From Centroscyllium fabricii (Eukaryota), in contig JBNRSN020000009.1 in assembly GCA_051313645.2 (NCBI GenBank), positions 63,054,001 to 63,118,000 of the forward strand: a stretch of DNA of 64,000 nt. Reading direction: 5' to 3'. Positions 26,229 through 38,798 of the stretch are shown here, one piece after another. The first letter of the stretch is position 1; each line of letters begins with the position of its first letter. The notes beneath the pieces are model-generated. The model was not told where the DNA came from. It worked only from the letters and a program-made list of their open reading frames with translations, and searched no databases. A program made the translations under genes and the position numbers.

Positions 26229-28194
26229 CCCTCCCGACTTGTTGTTTTGGGTGGAGTTAAAGTGGCATACAGCGGTAAATATTGGGAATGTGGCGTGAAC
26301 CCTGCTCCACCCGCGCCCACCCCCCACCCCTCTGCTCTGTGAACAACCCGCCCGCCCTGTTCACCCTGGCCTGGCCGGGTTACAATCCAGGCTCAACAGT
26401 CTGCAGATGACGATGTAAATCTTTTATCTCATTAAACTTTAGAGAGATTATTTCAAATGACATTCAGTAAGACTGGCTCCATTGTGGTTTTGTTTTTATT
26501 TTGTCTATTATATCCCCTTAAGGCAACTTTAAGCTTGAAGTATTCAAAGCTGCTCTTTTTAAATCACTATCACTATCAGACAAATTGTTCCACTATTTTG
26601 GGTCTGCCAAAGACTGTTTCAAACAATAGGAAATAAATGTTGTCTTTTGTTCTGTGCATCAGCAAGAATGGCCATATTAATAGTGATATTTGCAGCTAAA
26701 TATATGTTATTTAGCAGCATAATGCAGAATTATATTACTGCTTTAGAGCAATAGAAAGGAATGACCACACAGGATGCTGAGAGTTAGAGGTAATTCCATC
26801 CAGCTGTGAGATCTTCAAAAAGTATCTATCTACCAATTAGAGACAATGATCTTCAGAGCGTTCTTTTTAATGCTTCTCCTTTGTAAACATTGCACCTTCA
26901 AGAAGAAACTGAAGCCCATACCTTGCTGTAAGACATTAAAGGAGATTTCTGTGTCCCTGCCCACTTTCTTGTTGCAAAGAACAGGAATTCTGGCATGCTG
27001 AAAGACGGGGAAATAAACAGAAGATGAAAATGAATTGCAAGACTTTGGGGAAAGGCCAGCATATCAACTTTAGTTCTTTATTATTGGTCCTTGGCCAGAC
27101 TTGCCCACACTGATTGGCTTCCCAATAGTTCAGCTGGTTTATCCAATAACTAGCTAAGTTATACAGACACAAAGGCCGGAATTTTGCCAGCGCTCAGAGT
27201 GCGGGTTTGGAGGCGGGACCACTGTCAAAATGGCAAAGATTGACAGTGGGTAGGAAACCTGCTGTCAACCCACCTCCAATCAATCTTCCCAAGTGTCAGG
27301 TCCCCGATTTGCGCATGGACCTGAATCCTAGTGGCGGGAAGAGGATTCTAGCCACTCACCTGCCTGTTAATAGGTAGTGGATAGTAGTTGACAGGCTCTT
27401 TTTTCAATTTTGCTGCTTCTGCCTTGGGTTTCCCGACATCTGGACACCACGCCAGGTAAGTTTGGTGTGTTATGAGTCTGCTGTAATGTTTCTGCTTTGA
27501 TGGCAGCTGCAGAAATGGTGTGAGGGATCCAATGGTGCACTGATGAGTTTCAGAGGTAAGAAAATGTTGGGAAAATCATTTTTAATCCATTTACACTTTT
27601 CTGTAGGTAACAAGTTTTGAATTGGCTGTCTAGACCCACCTCATTGGGAAAACCTCTCTCACCAGTGACAGATTGCTTCTGTCACCTCATCTGCAGCTGC
27701 CATCTGTTCCAGCCTATGGAGGGAGTCATTAGAGAGCCTGGGTGCAAGAGCTCACCTTTGTACAGTGATTGTCAATGTTTGCAGTACTTCAATGCTGTCA
27801 AACACTGAGAAATGATATGTCAAAGTAAAATTGTACGTGGTCCCTTTAAGAAAACTGGCAGATGATGCGTCTGTGATAAACCACTGTTTCTCACTGTTCT
27901 TGTTGTATATACTTACTCTGCCTGTATCGATGTAATCGGACCTAATACCATGTTGTACATAAACCTGTTATGCGATTACCGGGACACACCCAGGTCGGCT
28001 CTGCCCACGATTCCTCCCTCCCTGGAGAGGGTACATAAGTGGCCGTCTCCCATCCCCCGGCCTTACCTGGGGACAGTCGACTAGCTGGTGTATGTCCCAC
28101 CGTTTAGTTAATAAAAACCGCATTGTTTCTCCTTCTAACTACTCGTCCATGAGGTTGTTATTTCGGTCACAATTTTATTAACTAAATTTTGAAG

Positions 28195-30311
28195 ATGGAT
28201 ACCATGCTCAAGCCAGCGACGTTTGAACTGGACCCCCGAACACCAGGTGCATCAAACACTTTTACACACTGGTACAGTGTTTTCGATGCGTACCTGAGAG
28301 CGAACGCAGCGGTCGTCGTGACCGAAGAGGACAAACGACGGCTCCTCAACGCCCGGGTGGGCCCTCAGGTGTACTCCATGATAGTGGAAGCATCATCATA
28401 CTTGGATGCTATCAGGATCCTCAAAGCGGAGTACAACCGGGCACCCAATATCGTCCACGCCAGACATCTCCTAGCCACCAGGAAGCAGCAACCCGGTGAG
28501 TCCAGTGTGGAATTTTTAAGAGCGCTGAGAGTGCTTTCACGGGCCTGTGACTGCAGAGCGCTAACGGCCCCGATCCATGCGGACAGTCTCATTAGAGACG
28601 CATATGTGACAGGCCTCAGGTCGGACCTCCAGGCAAATACGGATCTGGGACACGCGCTGGACGTGGCCTCGCTAAATCTCTCATCTTACTCCGGCAACTA
28701 TATGGGCCCAGCCCCGCCATCTTGGACAACGGCGGCGCAACGGCCGGTGGAAGAGATGATCGCAGCCGCTCACGTGAAGACGGCTAAATGCTACTTCTGC
28801 GGGCAGGCTCAGCATCCGAGACGTAACTGCCCGGCAAGAGAAGCGGCCTGCACGAAATGTGGAACAAAAGGACATTACGCCAAAGTCTGTAAGGCGACCA
28901 CATCAGCCCCTAAACCGAAACTGGGCAGCGCCGCGTGTGGAACATGGGAGCAGCCATATTGGACTCAACCATCCCCCACTCAGTTCCCCGCATGGCAGCA
29001 GTCACCATATTGGACCCAGCCACCCCCTCCGCAGTACACCGCATGGTGGCAGCCATCTTGGGGACCGGCCCCGGAGGACTACTCTGCGGATCAAGAGGAA
29101 TCAGCTGACCCAATCTTAGCATCAGTAACTCTTGACCAGAACAAGACCCATTCACTGGGGAAATCGACGATGCCTGTGGAAGTGAACGGACAAGAAGTGG
29201 TGTGTCTCTTCGACAGTGGGAGCACGGTGAGTTTTATTCATCCCGAAACAGTAGAGCGCCTCTCCCTTAAGGTTATACCTGCGAGCCAAAGAATTTCGAT
29301 GGCTTCTAAATCGGAATCTGCGGACGTCTCCGGGCGTTGCGCAGTGGCCCTAACTGTACAGGGCGCGCAATTTGATAATTTTAGTTTTTTCGTGCTGTCG
29401 CAGCTCTGCGCTCCATTACTATTGGGTCTGGACTTCCAGTGCCATCTCCAAAGCGTTACCATGGCGTACGGTGGGCCCCTTCCCTCGCTCACGGTCAGCA
29501 ACTGGCGCTCAGCGCAGCACCACCGGCGCGCTACCTGTGGCCTCTCGACCCTTAAGGTCGCCACTCCCTCGCTCTTCGCCAACCTCACCTCAGACTGCAA
29601 GCCCTTCGCCACCAAGAGTAGGTGCTACAGTGCTGGGGACATGGACTTTATTAAGTCCGAGGTGCAGCGCCTACTGAATGAGGGGGTGATCGAGGCCAGT
29701 AATAGCCCCTGGAGGGCGCAGGTAGTGGTGGTCAAAACCGGAGCAAAGAACCGGATGGTCGTTGACTACAGTCAGACCATAAACCGGTTCACCCAGTTAG
29801 ATGCCTACCCCCTTCCCCGGATAGCGTGCATGGTGAACCAGATCGCACAGTTCAGGGTGTTCTCTACCATCGATCTCAAGTCCGCTTATCACCAGCTTCC
29901 CATCCGCCCAGAGGACTGTCTCTATACAGCCTTCGAGGCTGACGGTCGCCTCTACCACTTCCTTAAGGTCCCGTTTGGCATCACGAATGGGGTCTCGGTC
30001 TTCAAAAGGGAGATGGACCGAATGGTCGATCGGTACGGACTGCAAGCCACTTTCCCGTACCTCGATAACGTGACCATCTGCGGCCATGATCAGCAGGACC
30101 ATGACGCCAACCACCAGAAATTTCTCCACACCGCCAAAACACTTAATTTGACCTATAACACCGAAAAGTGCGTGTTCAGTACCACCCGCCTGGCCATCCT
30201 CAGCAGTGTTGTGGAGAATGGGGTCATCAGTCCCGACCCGGACCGCATGCGCCCCCTCATGGAGCTCCCCCTCCCCCACTCCCCCAAGGCCCTTAAACGG
30301 TGCTTGGGTTT
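28195..30311 (+). CDS. Single-frame gag-PR-RT (5' part of polyprotein); in-frame ~13-aa gag deletion relative to its relative
   Basis: CYFCGQAQH..C, CTKCGTKGH..C; LFDSGST; IDLKSAYHQ; YLDN; frame continues (CLG|FFAYY) after the nested insertion. Confidence 0.9.
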
Positions 30312-33300
30312 TGTGACCTTCAATAACGTCCACGGAGTCGTGTAGTTGATAAGAAACAATCAGGCTTTTATTGACTACAATAGGAATGCACAACAGCAAG
30401 CTGACTGTCCCCTAGAATGGCATGGGGGATGGGGACAGTCACTTAAGTACTCCCTCCAGCGGGGGAGGAGTCGTGGGCGGAGCCAGGTATGTTCCAGGTA
30501 ACAGGTATACAGTGATATAAGTGATATACAGTTTATCACATTCACCCCTTCTTTAAGAACTAAAATACAGCGGGGTGAAAAACTAACAATTACAAGTTTG
30601 ATCAAAAAAAAATATATATACAACCGCAGTTCTTATAATTACAAATTTAATCTATCAGGCGGTTTCATTATCCGCGTTGATCTTCGCACCGCTGGTGGTG
30701 CCTGTGGTGTTCGTGGTCGTGGAGCGGCTGGTTGTGTCAGTTGCTCCATTGATGCCGGTCGACTGGTGGTGGTTGTTGAATTATTTCTGTGTGGCGGTGG
30801 TGCCCTTATTCTGACAGCAGGGGGCGCCTTCTCTCCTTCGTCCTCTGACTCTAGGGGGCGCGCGCTGTGGATCCAAGCTTGGGGCGAGGTCGTGCTGCTC
30901 GCAGGTGCCTTGTGAACATACTGGGGTACTGGGGCCACGTGTCGGGGCGGGTACTTCGGCTTCGGCAGCATGGGGTGCATCACAGGACATTTTGGGTGCG
31001 CGACCTGCTGGGCGGGGCTTCTTGGGAGCTCGGGCTGCCTGGCGGGGCTGGGTTTTGGGACTCCTGCTGGGGCTAGGTCCTTTATAGACACGGTGTCCTC
31101 CCTCCCATCGGGGAACGCTATATAAGCGTACTGGGGGTTGGCGTGCAGGAGGTGGACCCGTTCGACTAGGGGATCTGCCTTGTGTCCCCTCACATGCTTC
31201 CGGAGCAGGACCGGTCCCGGAGATAGTAGCCACGATGGTAGCGAGGTCCCGGAAGCTGACTTCCTGGGGAAGGCAAGAAGTATTTCGTGAGGGGTGGCAT
31301 TGGTGGCAGTACACAGGAGGGACCGGATAGAGTGGAGTGCTTCAGGGAGAACGTCCTGCCATCGGGTGACTGGGAGGTTTTTAGACCGTAGGGCTAACTG
31401 GATGGCTTTCCAGACCGTGGCGTTCTCTCTCTCTACCTGTCCGTTCCCCCGGGGGTTGTAGCTGGTAGTCCTGCTAGTCGCGATGCCTTTCGCTAGCAGA
31501 AACTGACGCAGCTCGTCGCTCATAAAAGAGGCCCCCCGGTCACTATGGATATAGTTAGGGTACCCGAACAGGGTGAAAATGCTATTGAGAGCCTTGATGA
31601 CGGTGGTGGAGGTCATGTCCTGGCAGGGAATAGCGAAGGGGAAGCGGGAGTACTCATCTATTACGTTAAGGAAGTACACATTCCTGTTAGATGAGGGAAG
31701 GGGCCCTTTAAAGTCGACACTGAGTCGTTCAAAGGGGCGAGTGGCCTTGATCAAGTGCGCCCGGTCTGGCCGGTAGAAGTGCGGCTTGCACTCTGCGCAG
31801 ACCTGGCAGTTGCTGGTCATGGTCTTGACCTCCTCGATGGAGTAGGGGAGGTTGCGGGACTTCACAAAGTGAACCAACCTGGTGACCCCCGGGTGGCAGA
31901 GGTCATTGTGGAGAGTTTGGAGACGGTCAGCCTGTGCGCTGGCACAGGTACCGCGGGATAGGGCATCTGGGGGTTCGTTAAATATCCCGGGCCGGTACAA
32001 GATATCATAATTGAACGCAGATAGTTCAATTCTCCACCTTAATATCTTGTCGTTCTTTATTTTACCCCGTTCTTTGTTATTAAACATGAATGCGACTGAT
32101 CGTTGGTCAGTCAACAGGGTAAAACGCTTGCCGGCCAGGTAGTGCTTCCAGTGCCGCACTGCTTCAACAATGGCCTGGGCCTCCTTTTCGACTGAGGAAT
32201 GGCGGGTTTCGGGGCCTTGGAGGGTACGTGAAAAGAAGGCCACGGGTCTGCCCGCCTGGTTGAGGGTGGCGGCCAGGGCAAAGTCCGATGCATCACTCTC
32301 CACTTGGAATGGGACGGACTCATCCACAGCGTGCATCGTGGCTTTGGCAATATCGTTTTTAATTCTGCAGAACGCCGAGTTGGCTTCTGCAGAAAGGGGA
32401 AAAGAGGTCGATTTAAGTAGTGGGCGAGCTTTGTCCGCATAATTGGGGACCCACTGGGCATAATAGGCAAAGAATCCCAAACTCCGTTTAAGAGATTTGG
32501 GGGAGTGGGGGAGGGGAAGCTCCATGAGGGGACGCATGCGGTCCGGGTCTGGACCGATGACTCCATTCTCCACCACGCTGCCGAGGATGGCTAGGCGGGT
32601 GGTGTTAAACACACATTTCTCCTTGTTATATGTTAGGTTCAGAGTTTTGGCCGTAAGGAGAAATTTTTGGAGGTTATCGTTATGGTCCTGCTGATCATGG
32701 CCGCAGATGGTCACATTATCAAGATACGGGAATGTCGCTCGCAGCCCGTACCGATCAACCATTCGGTCCATCTCCCTCTGGAAGACCGAGACCCCGTTTG
32801 TGACGCCAAACGGAACCCTAAGGAAGTGGTAGAGGCGACCGTCAGCCTCAAAAGCTGTATAAGGACGGTCCTCTGGGCGGATGGGAAGCTGGTGATAAGC
32901 AGATTTTAAATCGATTGTGGAGTACACTTTAAATTGTGCGATTTGGTTCACCATGTCCGCTATCCGGGGGAGAGGGTAGGCATCTAGTTGGGTGAACCGG
33001 TTTATGGTCTGGCTGTAATCCACCACCATCCTATTCTTCTCTCCGGTTTTTACTACCACTACCTGTGCTCTCCAGGGGCTATTACTGGCCTCTATGACCC
33101 CCTCTTTTAGGAGGCGCTGCACCTCAGATTTTATAAATATCATGTCCTCAGCACTGTAGCGCCTACTTTTGGTGGTGACGGGCTTACAGTCTGGGGTGAG
33201 GTTCGCAAATAGAGATGGAGGGGCAACCTTAAGGGTTGAGAGGCCACAGGTAGTGTACTGGGGGTACCGCCTTGAGCCGCGGTTCCTGACCGTGAGTGAG

Positions 33301-34875
33301 GGAAGGGGTCCGCCGAATGCCATAGTAACGCTCCAAAGATGGCACTGAAAATCCAGTCCCAGGAGTAGGGGGCGCAGAGCTGCGGCAGCACGTAAAAACT
33401 AAGATCCTTAAAGATAGCGCCCTGTACATTAAGCATTACAGTACAGCGCCCTGTAACGTCAGCGGATTCTGACTTTGATGCCATAGATATTCTCTGGCGC
33501 GCAGGGATTACTTTAAGGGAGAGGCGCTTTACAGTATTTGGGTGAACAAAACTTACTGTGCTCCCACTGTCGAACAGGCACACCACCTCTTCATCATTGA
33601 CTTCCACCGGCATCATTGATTTCTCCAGTGGTTGAATCTTCCTCTGGTCTAGGCTCATCGATGCTAGCACAGGGTCCTCGGAGTTATCTTGATCCGGAGA
33701 GTAGTCCTCCAAGTCTGCTCCCCAAGATGGCTGCTGCCATGTGTTGGGCTGTGGAGGTTGATGCTGAGTACAAAATGGCCGCTGTAGCTGCTGCCATGAG
33801 GGCTGCTGAGTGGGGGATGGGTGAGCCCAATGTGGCTGCTCCCCTGTTCCACACGCAGCGCTGCCCAGTTTAGATTTAAAGTTAGAGTTTTTACAGACCT
33901 TTGCATAATGTCCCTTTTTGTCGCATTTTGAACAGGTCGCTTCTCTGGCAGGGCAGCTGCGTCTTGAATGTTGAGGTTGCCCACAGAAGTAGCATCTAGC
34001 TTTAGCGTGGGCAGCTGTGAGTAGTTCTTCTGCCGGTCGTTGCACCGGCGTTGTCCAAGATTGCGGGGCTGGGCCCGTATAATTACTTGAGTATGAGGAT
34101 AAGTCCATTGACGCGCTATCCAGCACGTGTCCCAAGTCTGTGGTTGCCTGTAAATCCTGGCCGTTCTGCTCCAGCAGTCTCTGTCTGGCATAGTCCGATT
34201 TTAGACCAGTTACGTAGGCGTCTCTGATGAGGCTCTCCATATGAACTTGAGCCGTTTGCGCTTTGCAATCACAGTCCCGAGCCAGAGTTCTGAGGGCTCT
34301 TAGGAACTGCACACTTGATTCGTTGTTCTGTTGCTTTCTAGTAGCAAGTATGTGTCTCGCATGGACTATGTTCGGTGCCCGCTTATATTCCGCCTCGAGG
34401 AGTCTGATGGCCTCTTGGAACGAAGGGGCGTCCACTGTCATTGAGTACACTTGAGGGCCCACTCGGGCGTTGAAGAGTCGCCGTTTTTGCTCCTCGGTCA
34501 CTATGACCGCCGCGTTGGCTCTGATGTACCCTTCGAGTACGTTTCTCCAGTGTGAGAAGGCGTTTGCTGCTCCTGAAGATCGGGGGTCAACTTCAAACAC
34601 TGATGGTTTAAGCATTGCAGTATCCATTTCCAGTAGTCAATAAAATTGTGACCTTCAATAACGTCCACGGAGTCGTGTAGTTGATAAGAAACAATCAGGC
34701 TTTTATTGACTACAATAGGAATGCACAACAGCAAGCTGACTGTCCCCTAGAATGGCATGGGAGATGGGGACAGTGACTTAAGTACTCCCTCCAGCGGGGG
34801 AGGAGTCGTGGGCGGAGCCAGGTATGTTCCAGGTAACAGGTATACAGTGATATAAGTGATATACAGTTTATCACA
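30312..34875 (-). mobile_element. Young full-length YLDN-lineage Gypsy element nested antisense in the host RT
   Basis: 229-bp LTRs 30312-30540 and 34647-34875 (2 differences); perfect TSD GGTTT; PPT AAGAAGGGGTGAA. Confidence 0.95.
30639..34627 (-). CDS. gag-pol of the nested element; one apparent 1-nt frameshift near 33368-33372
   Basis: ORFs 33140-34627 and 30639-33323 join if one C is added to a C-run (LCAP-LLLG in relatives). Confidence 0.88.
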
Positions 34876-34880
34876 GGTTT

Positions 34881-36711
34881 CTTTGCATATTACGCCCAGT
34901 GGGTCCCCAATTACGCGGACAAAGCTCGCCCACTGCTTAAATCTACCTCTTTTCCCCTGTCTGCAGAAGCCAGCTCGGTGGTCTGCGGCATTAAGAATGA
35001 CATCGCAAAAGCCACGATGCACGCTGTGGACGAGTCCGTCCCATTTCAAGTAGAGAGCGATGCATCGGACTTTGCCCTGGCCGCCACCCTTAACCAGGCG
35101 GGCAGACCCGTGGCCTTCTTCTCACGTACCCTCCAGGGCCCCGAGACCCGCCACTCCTCAGTCGAGAAGGAGGCCCAGGCCATCGTTGAAGCAGTGCGTC
35201 ACTGGAAGCACTACCTGGCCGGCAAGCGTTTTACTCTGTTGACTGACCAACGATCAGTCGCTTTTATGTTCAACAACAAAGAGCGGGGTAAAATCAAGAA
35301 CGACAAGATATTGAGGTGGAGAATTGAACTCTCCGCGTTTAATTATGATATCTTGTACCAGCCCGGGAAATTTAACGAACCCCCAGACGCCCTATCCCGC
35401 GGTACCTGTGCCAGCGCACAGACAGACCGCCTCCAAACCCTTCACAATGACCTCTGCCACCCGGGGGTCACCAGGTTGGTTCACTTCGTGAAGTCCCGCA
35501 ACCTCCCCTACTCTATCGAAGAGGTCAAGACCCTGACCAGCAACTGCCAGGTCTGCGCGGAGTGCAAGCCGCACTTCTACCGGCCAGACCGGGCGCATTT
35601 GATTAAGGCCACTCGCCCCTTTGAACGACTCAGCGTCGATTTCAAAGGGCCCCTTCCCTCCTCCAACAGGAATGTGTACTTCCTTAATGTGATCGATGAG
35701 TACTCCCGCTTCCCCTTTGCCATCCCCTGCCCGGACATGACCTGCGCCACGGTCATCAAAGCCCTTCACAGTATCTTCTCCCTGTTCGGCTACCCCAACT
35801 ATATTCATAGTGACCGGGGGGCCTCTTTTATGAGTGACGAACTGCGTCAGTTTCTGCTAGCCAAAGGCATCGCGACTAGCAGAACTACCAGCTACAACCC
35901 CCGGGGGAACGGGCAGGTTGAGAGGGAGAACGCCACTGTCTGGAAGGCCATCCTGTTAGCCCTAAGGTCTAAAAACCTCCCAGTCTCCCGATGGCAGGAC
36001 GTCCTCCCTGAAGCGCTCCACTCTATCCGGTCCCTCCTGTGTACTGCCACTAATGCCACCCCTCACGAACGACTTTTTGCCTTCCCCAGGAAGTCGGCTT
36101 CCGGGACCTCGCTACCATCGTGGCTGCTATCCCCGGGACCGGTCTTACTACGGAAGCACGTGAGGGGCCACAAGGCAGATCCCCTGGTCGAACGGGTCCA
36201 CCTCCTGCACGCCAATCCCCAGTACGCCTACGTGGCGTACCCCGACGGGAGGGAGGACACAGTGTCCATCAAGAACCTGGCACCAGCGGGAGTCCCCAAA
36301 CCCAGCCCCGCCCAGCAGCCCGCGCACCCAAGAAGCCCCGCCCAGCAGCCAGCGCACCCAAGACGCCCAGTCACGCCACCCCAGCCACCGGTGCCAAGGT
36401 ACGCTCCCCGGCACGTGGACCCAGTACTCCAGTATGCCCACCCGGCACCTGCGAGCAGCACGGCATGGCCTCCAGCATGGCTCCACAGCGCACGCCCCCT
36501 AGAGTCAGACGACGAGGGAGAGAGCGCGCCTCCTACTGTCAGTATAAGGGCACCACCACCACCCAGAAACCAACCGACGACCACCGCTCGCCAACCAGCA
36601 TCAGCACCATCGCTACAACCAACTCGGCCGGCCACTCCGCGTCCGCGGACACCACCAGCGGTGCGATGCTCGACAAGGGTCACCAGACCGCCGGAGCGAC
36701 TTAATTTATAA
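34881..36711 (+). CDS. RT end, RNase H and integrase (3' part of the same polyprotein)
   Basis: ESDASDFAL; HNDLCHPG..CQVC; VDFKGP, HSDRGASF, NGQVERE; Pro-rich tail; no stops. Confidence 0.9.
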
Positions 36712-38798
36712 ATAAAAGAACTGTTCCTTTCACACCACCGGACTTTTGTTTTAAAGAAGGGGTGAATGTGATAAACCACTGTTTCTCACTGTTCTTGTTG
36801 TATATACTTACTCTGCCTGTATCGATGTAATCGGACCTAATGCCATGTTGTACATAAACCTGTTATGCGATTACCGGGACACACCCAGGTCGGCTCCGCC
36901 CATGACTCCTCCCTCCCTGGAGAGGGTACATAAGTGGCCGTCTCCCATCCCCCGGCCTTACCTGGGGACAGTCGACTAGCTGGTGTATGTCCCACCGTTT
37001 AGTTAATAAAAACCGCATTGTTTCCCCTTCTAACTACTCGTCCACGAGGTCGTTATTTCGGTCACAGCGTCATCAAATGACGTCATCTGACCGGCTTCCT
37101 CTTAATTGGCCGGCAAGCCCACAGGGCAGTCCTAACATGGCCAATCAAGGGAAAATCACGTCCATGGGCTGGATGCAGTTGGGGGTGGGATTGGAACCTG
37201 GAAACCACCTGACCCGTTCCCTAGCCGCATCCGATGACAAAATCGCGGCAACAGGGCTCTATTTTAATAGCCCTGAGGAGGTGGGTCTGGAGGCGGGTTA
37301 GCTGCGAAAATCAGAAAAAATGGCTTCAGACACCCAACCCACCTCCATCCCGCCCCCATGCGATTTTCATGAGTGTCGGGTCAGCCACTCCCAAACTGAC
37401 CCGACTCCAACTGGTGGGACAAGTAGTTAAGGCAGTTAAGAGTCTGTTAACTGCCTTGCTAATCCTATTTTGATAGACGTTTTCCATTTTCGGGCCTCTG
37501 TCTTCTGTTTCCTGTCTTGTCAGAACAGTCCAGCTGCAAGGAGATGAGTTTCTCGAGGGCATGATCTGTAGTCATTATTGGTGCAGAACTTTAAAAGCGC
37601 TCCTGTAACATGGCTGGCATTCAAATGCATCAACGTTGTTGTTGTTGGTTTGGGATAAGATTTTGCAAATCTACTGACCTTGTGACTGGTGAAGCTGACA
37701 CACATCTGCTGTTTGAACTAATTGGAATAATTTCAGGCCACATTGAGTGTGCACTGGCAAGCTTCTTGCCTCAACTGAAATCTATAACAACGGGATGGGA
37801 ACCATTTCCATCCTCTCATCCTGGTCGTCAGATTCGGAGGAAGAGCAGCGGGGCTTAGTGCTGCCGGATGAACAAGTGGCTCAGCCCACAGCCTCCTTGG
37901 AGGAAGATGAAGAGGATGAGGAGGATAAGGAGGAGGATGGGGAGTGATGCCTTGTGGGGCTGGGTGTGGCCAATTCAGCAGCAGGCGGCCACATTGATGG
38001 CCGTCATCCATGCCAGATTCACGTAAGCTAACGCTTCAACCACAGGTGGTTGGCACATGGAGATGAATATACGTCCGACAGTCTCAAAGCCCAGGCATCA
38101 TCTGTCCAATAAACGGTGGTTTGCGCTCAGTGTCACCACCATCATTCAACATGGAAATCACCCTGAGCCCTCACTCTTGAACTTCCATGTCCCAGAACAC
38201 AGAGGCCACACTTTAGGTGATCGCAGCAGATCATTAAACCTTTTTTGACACTAAACCCATGTGCATCTGCACACAGACCTCGAGCTCACCTCCTCAGCAA
38301 TTTGCAGCCAAGCTGCTTTGGTTTGCTGAGGAGGCTGCCTCCCTCCTTTTCCAGGGAAAAGGAGATCCTGAAGTCCTCTAACTCCCTCTACAAGAGCATG
38401 GAGGGAGCCCTCATTGAACCTGGGTGCAACCTTAGTTTTTGGGAGCTGCCATTCCTGCATCTCCCAGCACTTTTAAGAGAAAAAAGCATTAATATTACTG
38501 AAGTATCGTCAATATCTTCAGATTAAAAGACTCAACGAGTAGTTACCGTAACTATAGGCTTTTAATCACTTACTTAGGAGCTACCCTCCGAACGAACATC
38601 TAAGCAGGAATGAGGGAGCCTCAGTCAGTCTCCACCTATAAAGGCCTCACCTGGGGGAGGAGTTAGAGGTGTGGCTGACCTGGCTCCCGACAGCATTACA
38701 AGGCTGTGTATCACATATACACAGCCAATTATTGGCAACAAGAATGCAGTGGTATACATAACATTATGGGTTACCACATTCACCCCTTCTTGAAAATT

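Larger units (their letters stand above)
27872..37066 (+). mobile_element. Full-length YLDN-lineage Gypsy element interrupted by a related element
   Basis: 300-bp LTRs 27872-28171 and 36767-37066 (~7 differences); perfect TSD GCGTC; PPT AAAGAAGGGGTGAA; no TGG-type PBS. Confidence 0.95.
27174..37250. mobile_element. Non-autonomous Harbinger-type element hosting the 27872-37066 Gypsy nest
   Basis: Ends GGCCGGAATTTT / AAAATCGCGGCA; the same sequence occurs uninterrupted, inverted, at ~50730-51533. Confidence 0.7.

Noticed and set aside
34628-34633. TGG about 15 nt after the 5' LTR of the nested element as a tRNA PBS
   Set aside because: Too far from the LTR end, runs into the gag ATG, and has no counterpart in the sister copies.
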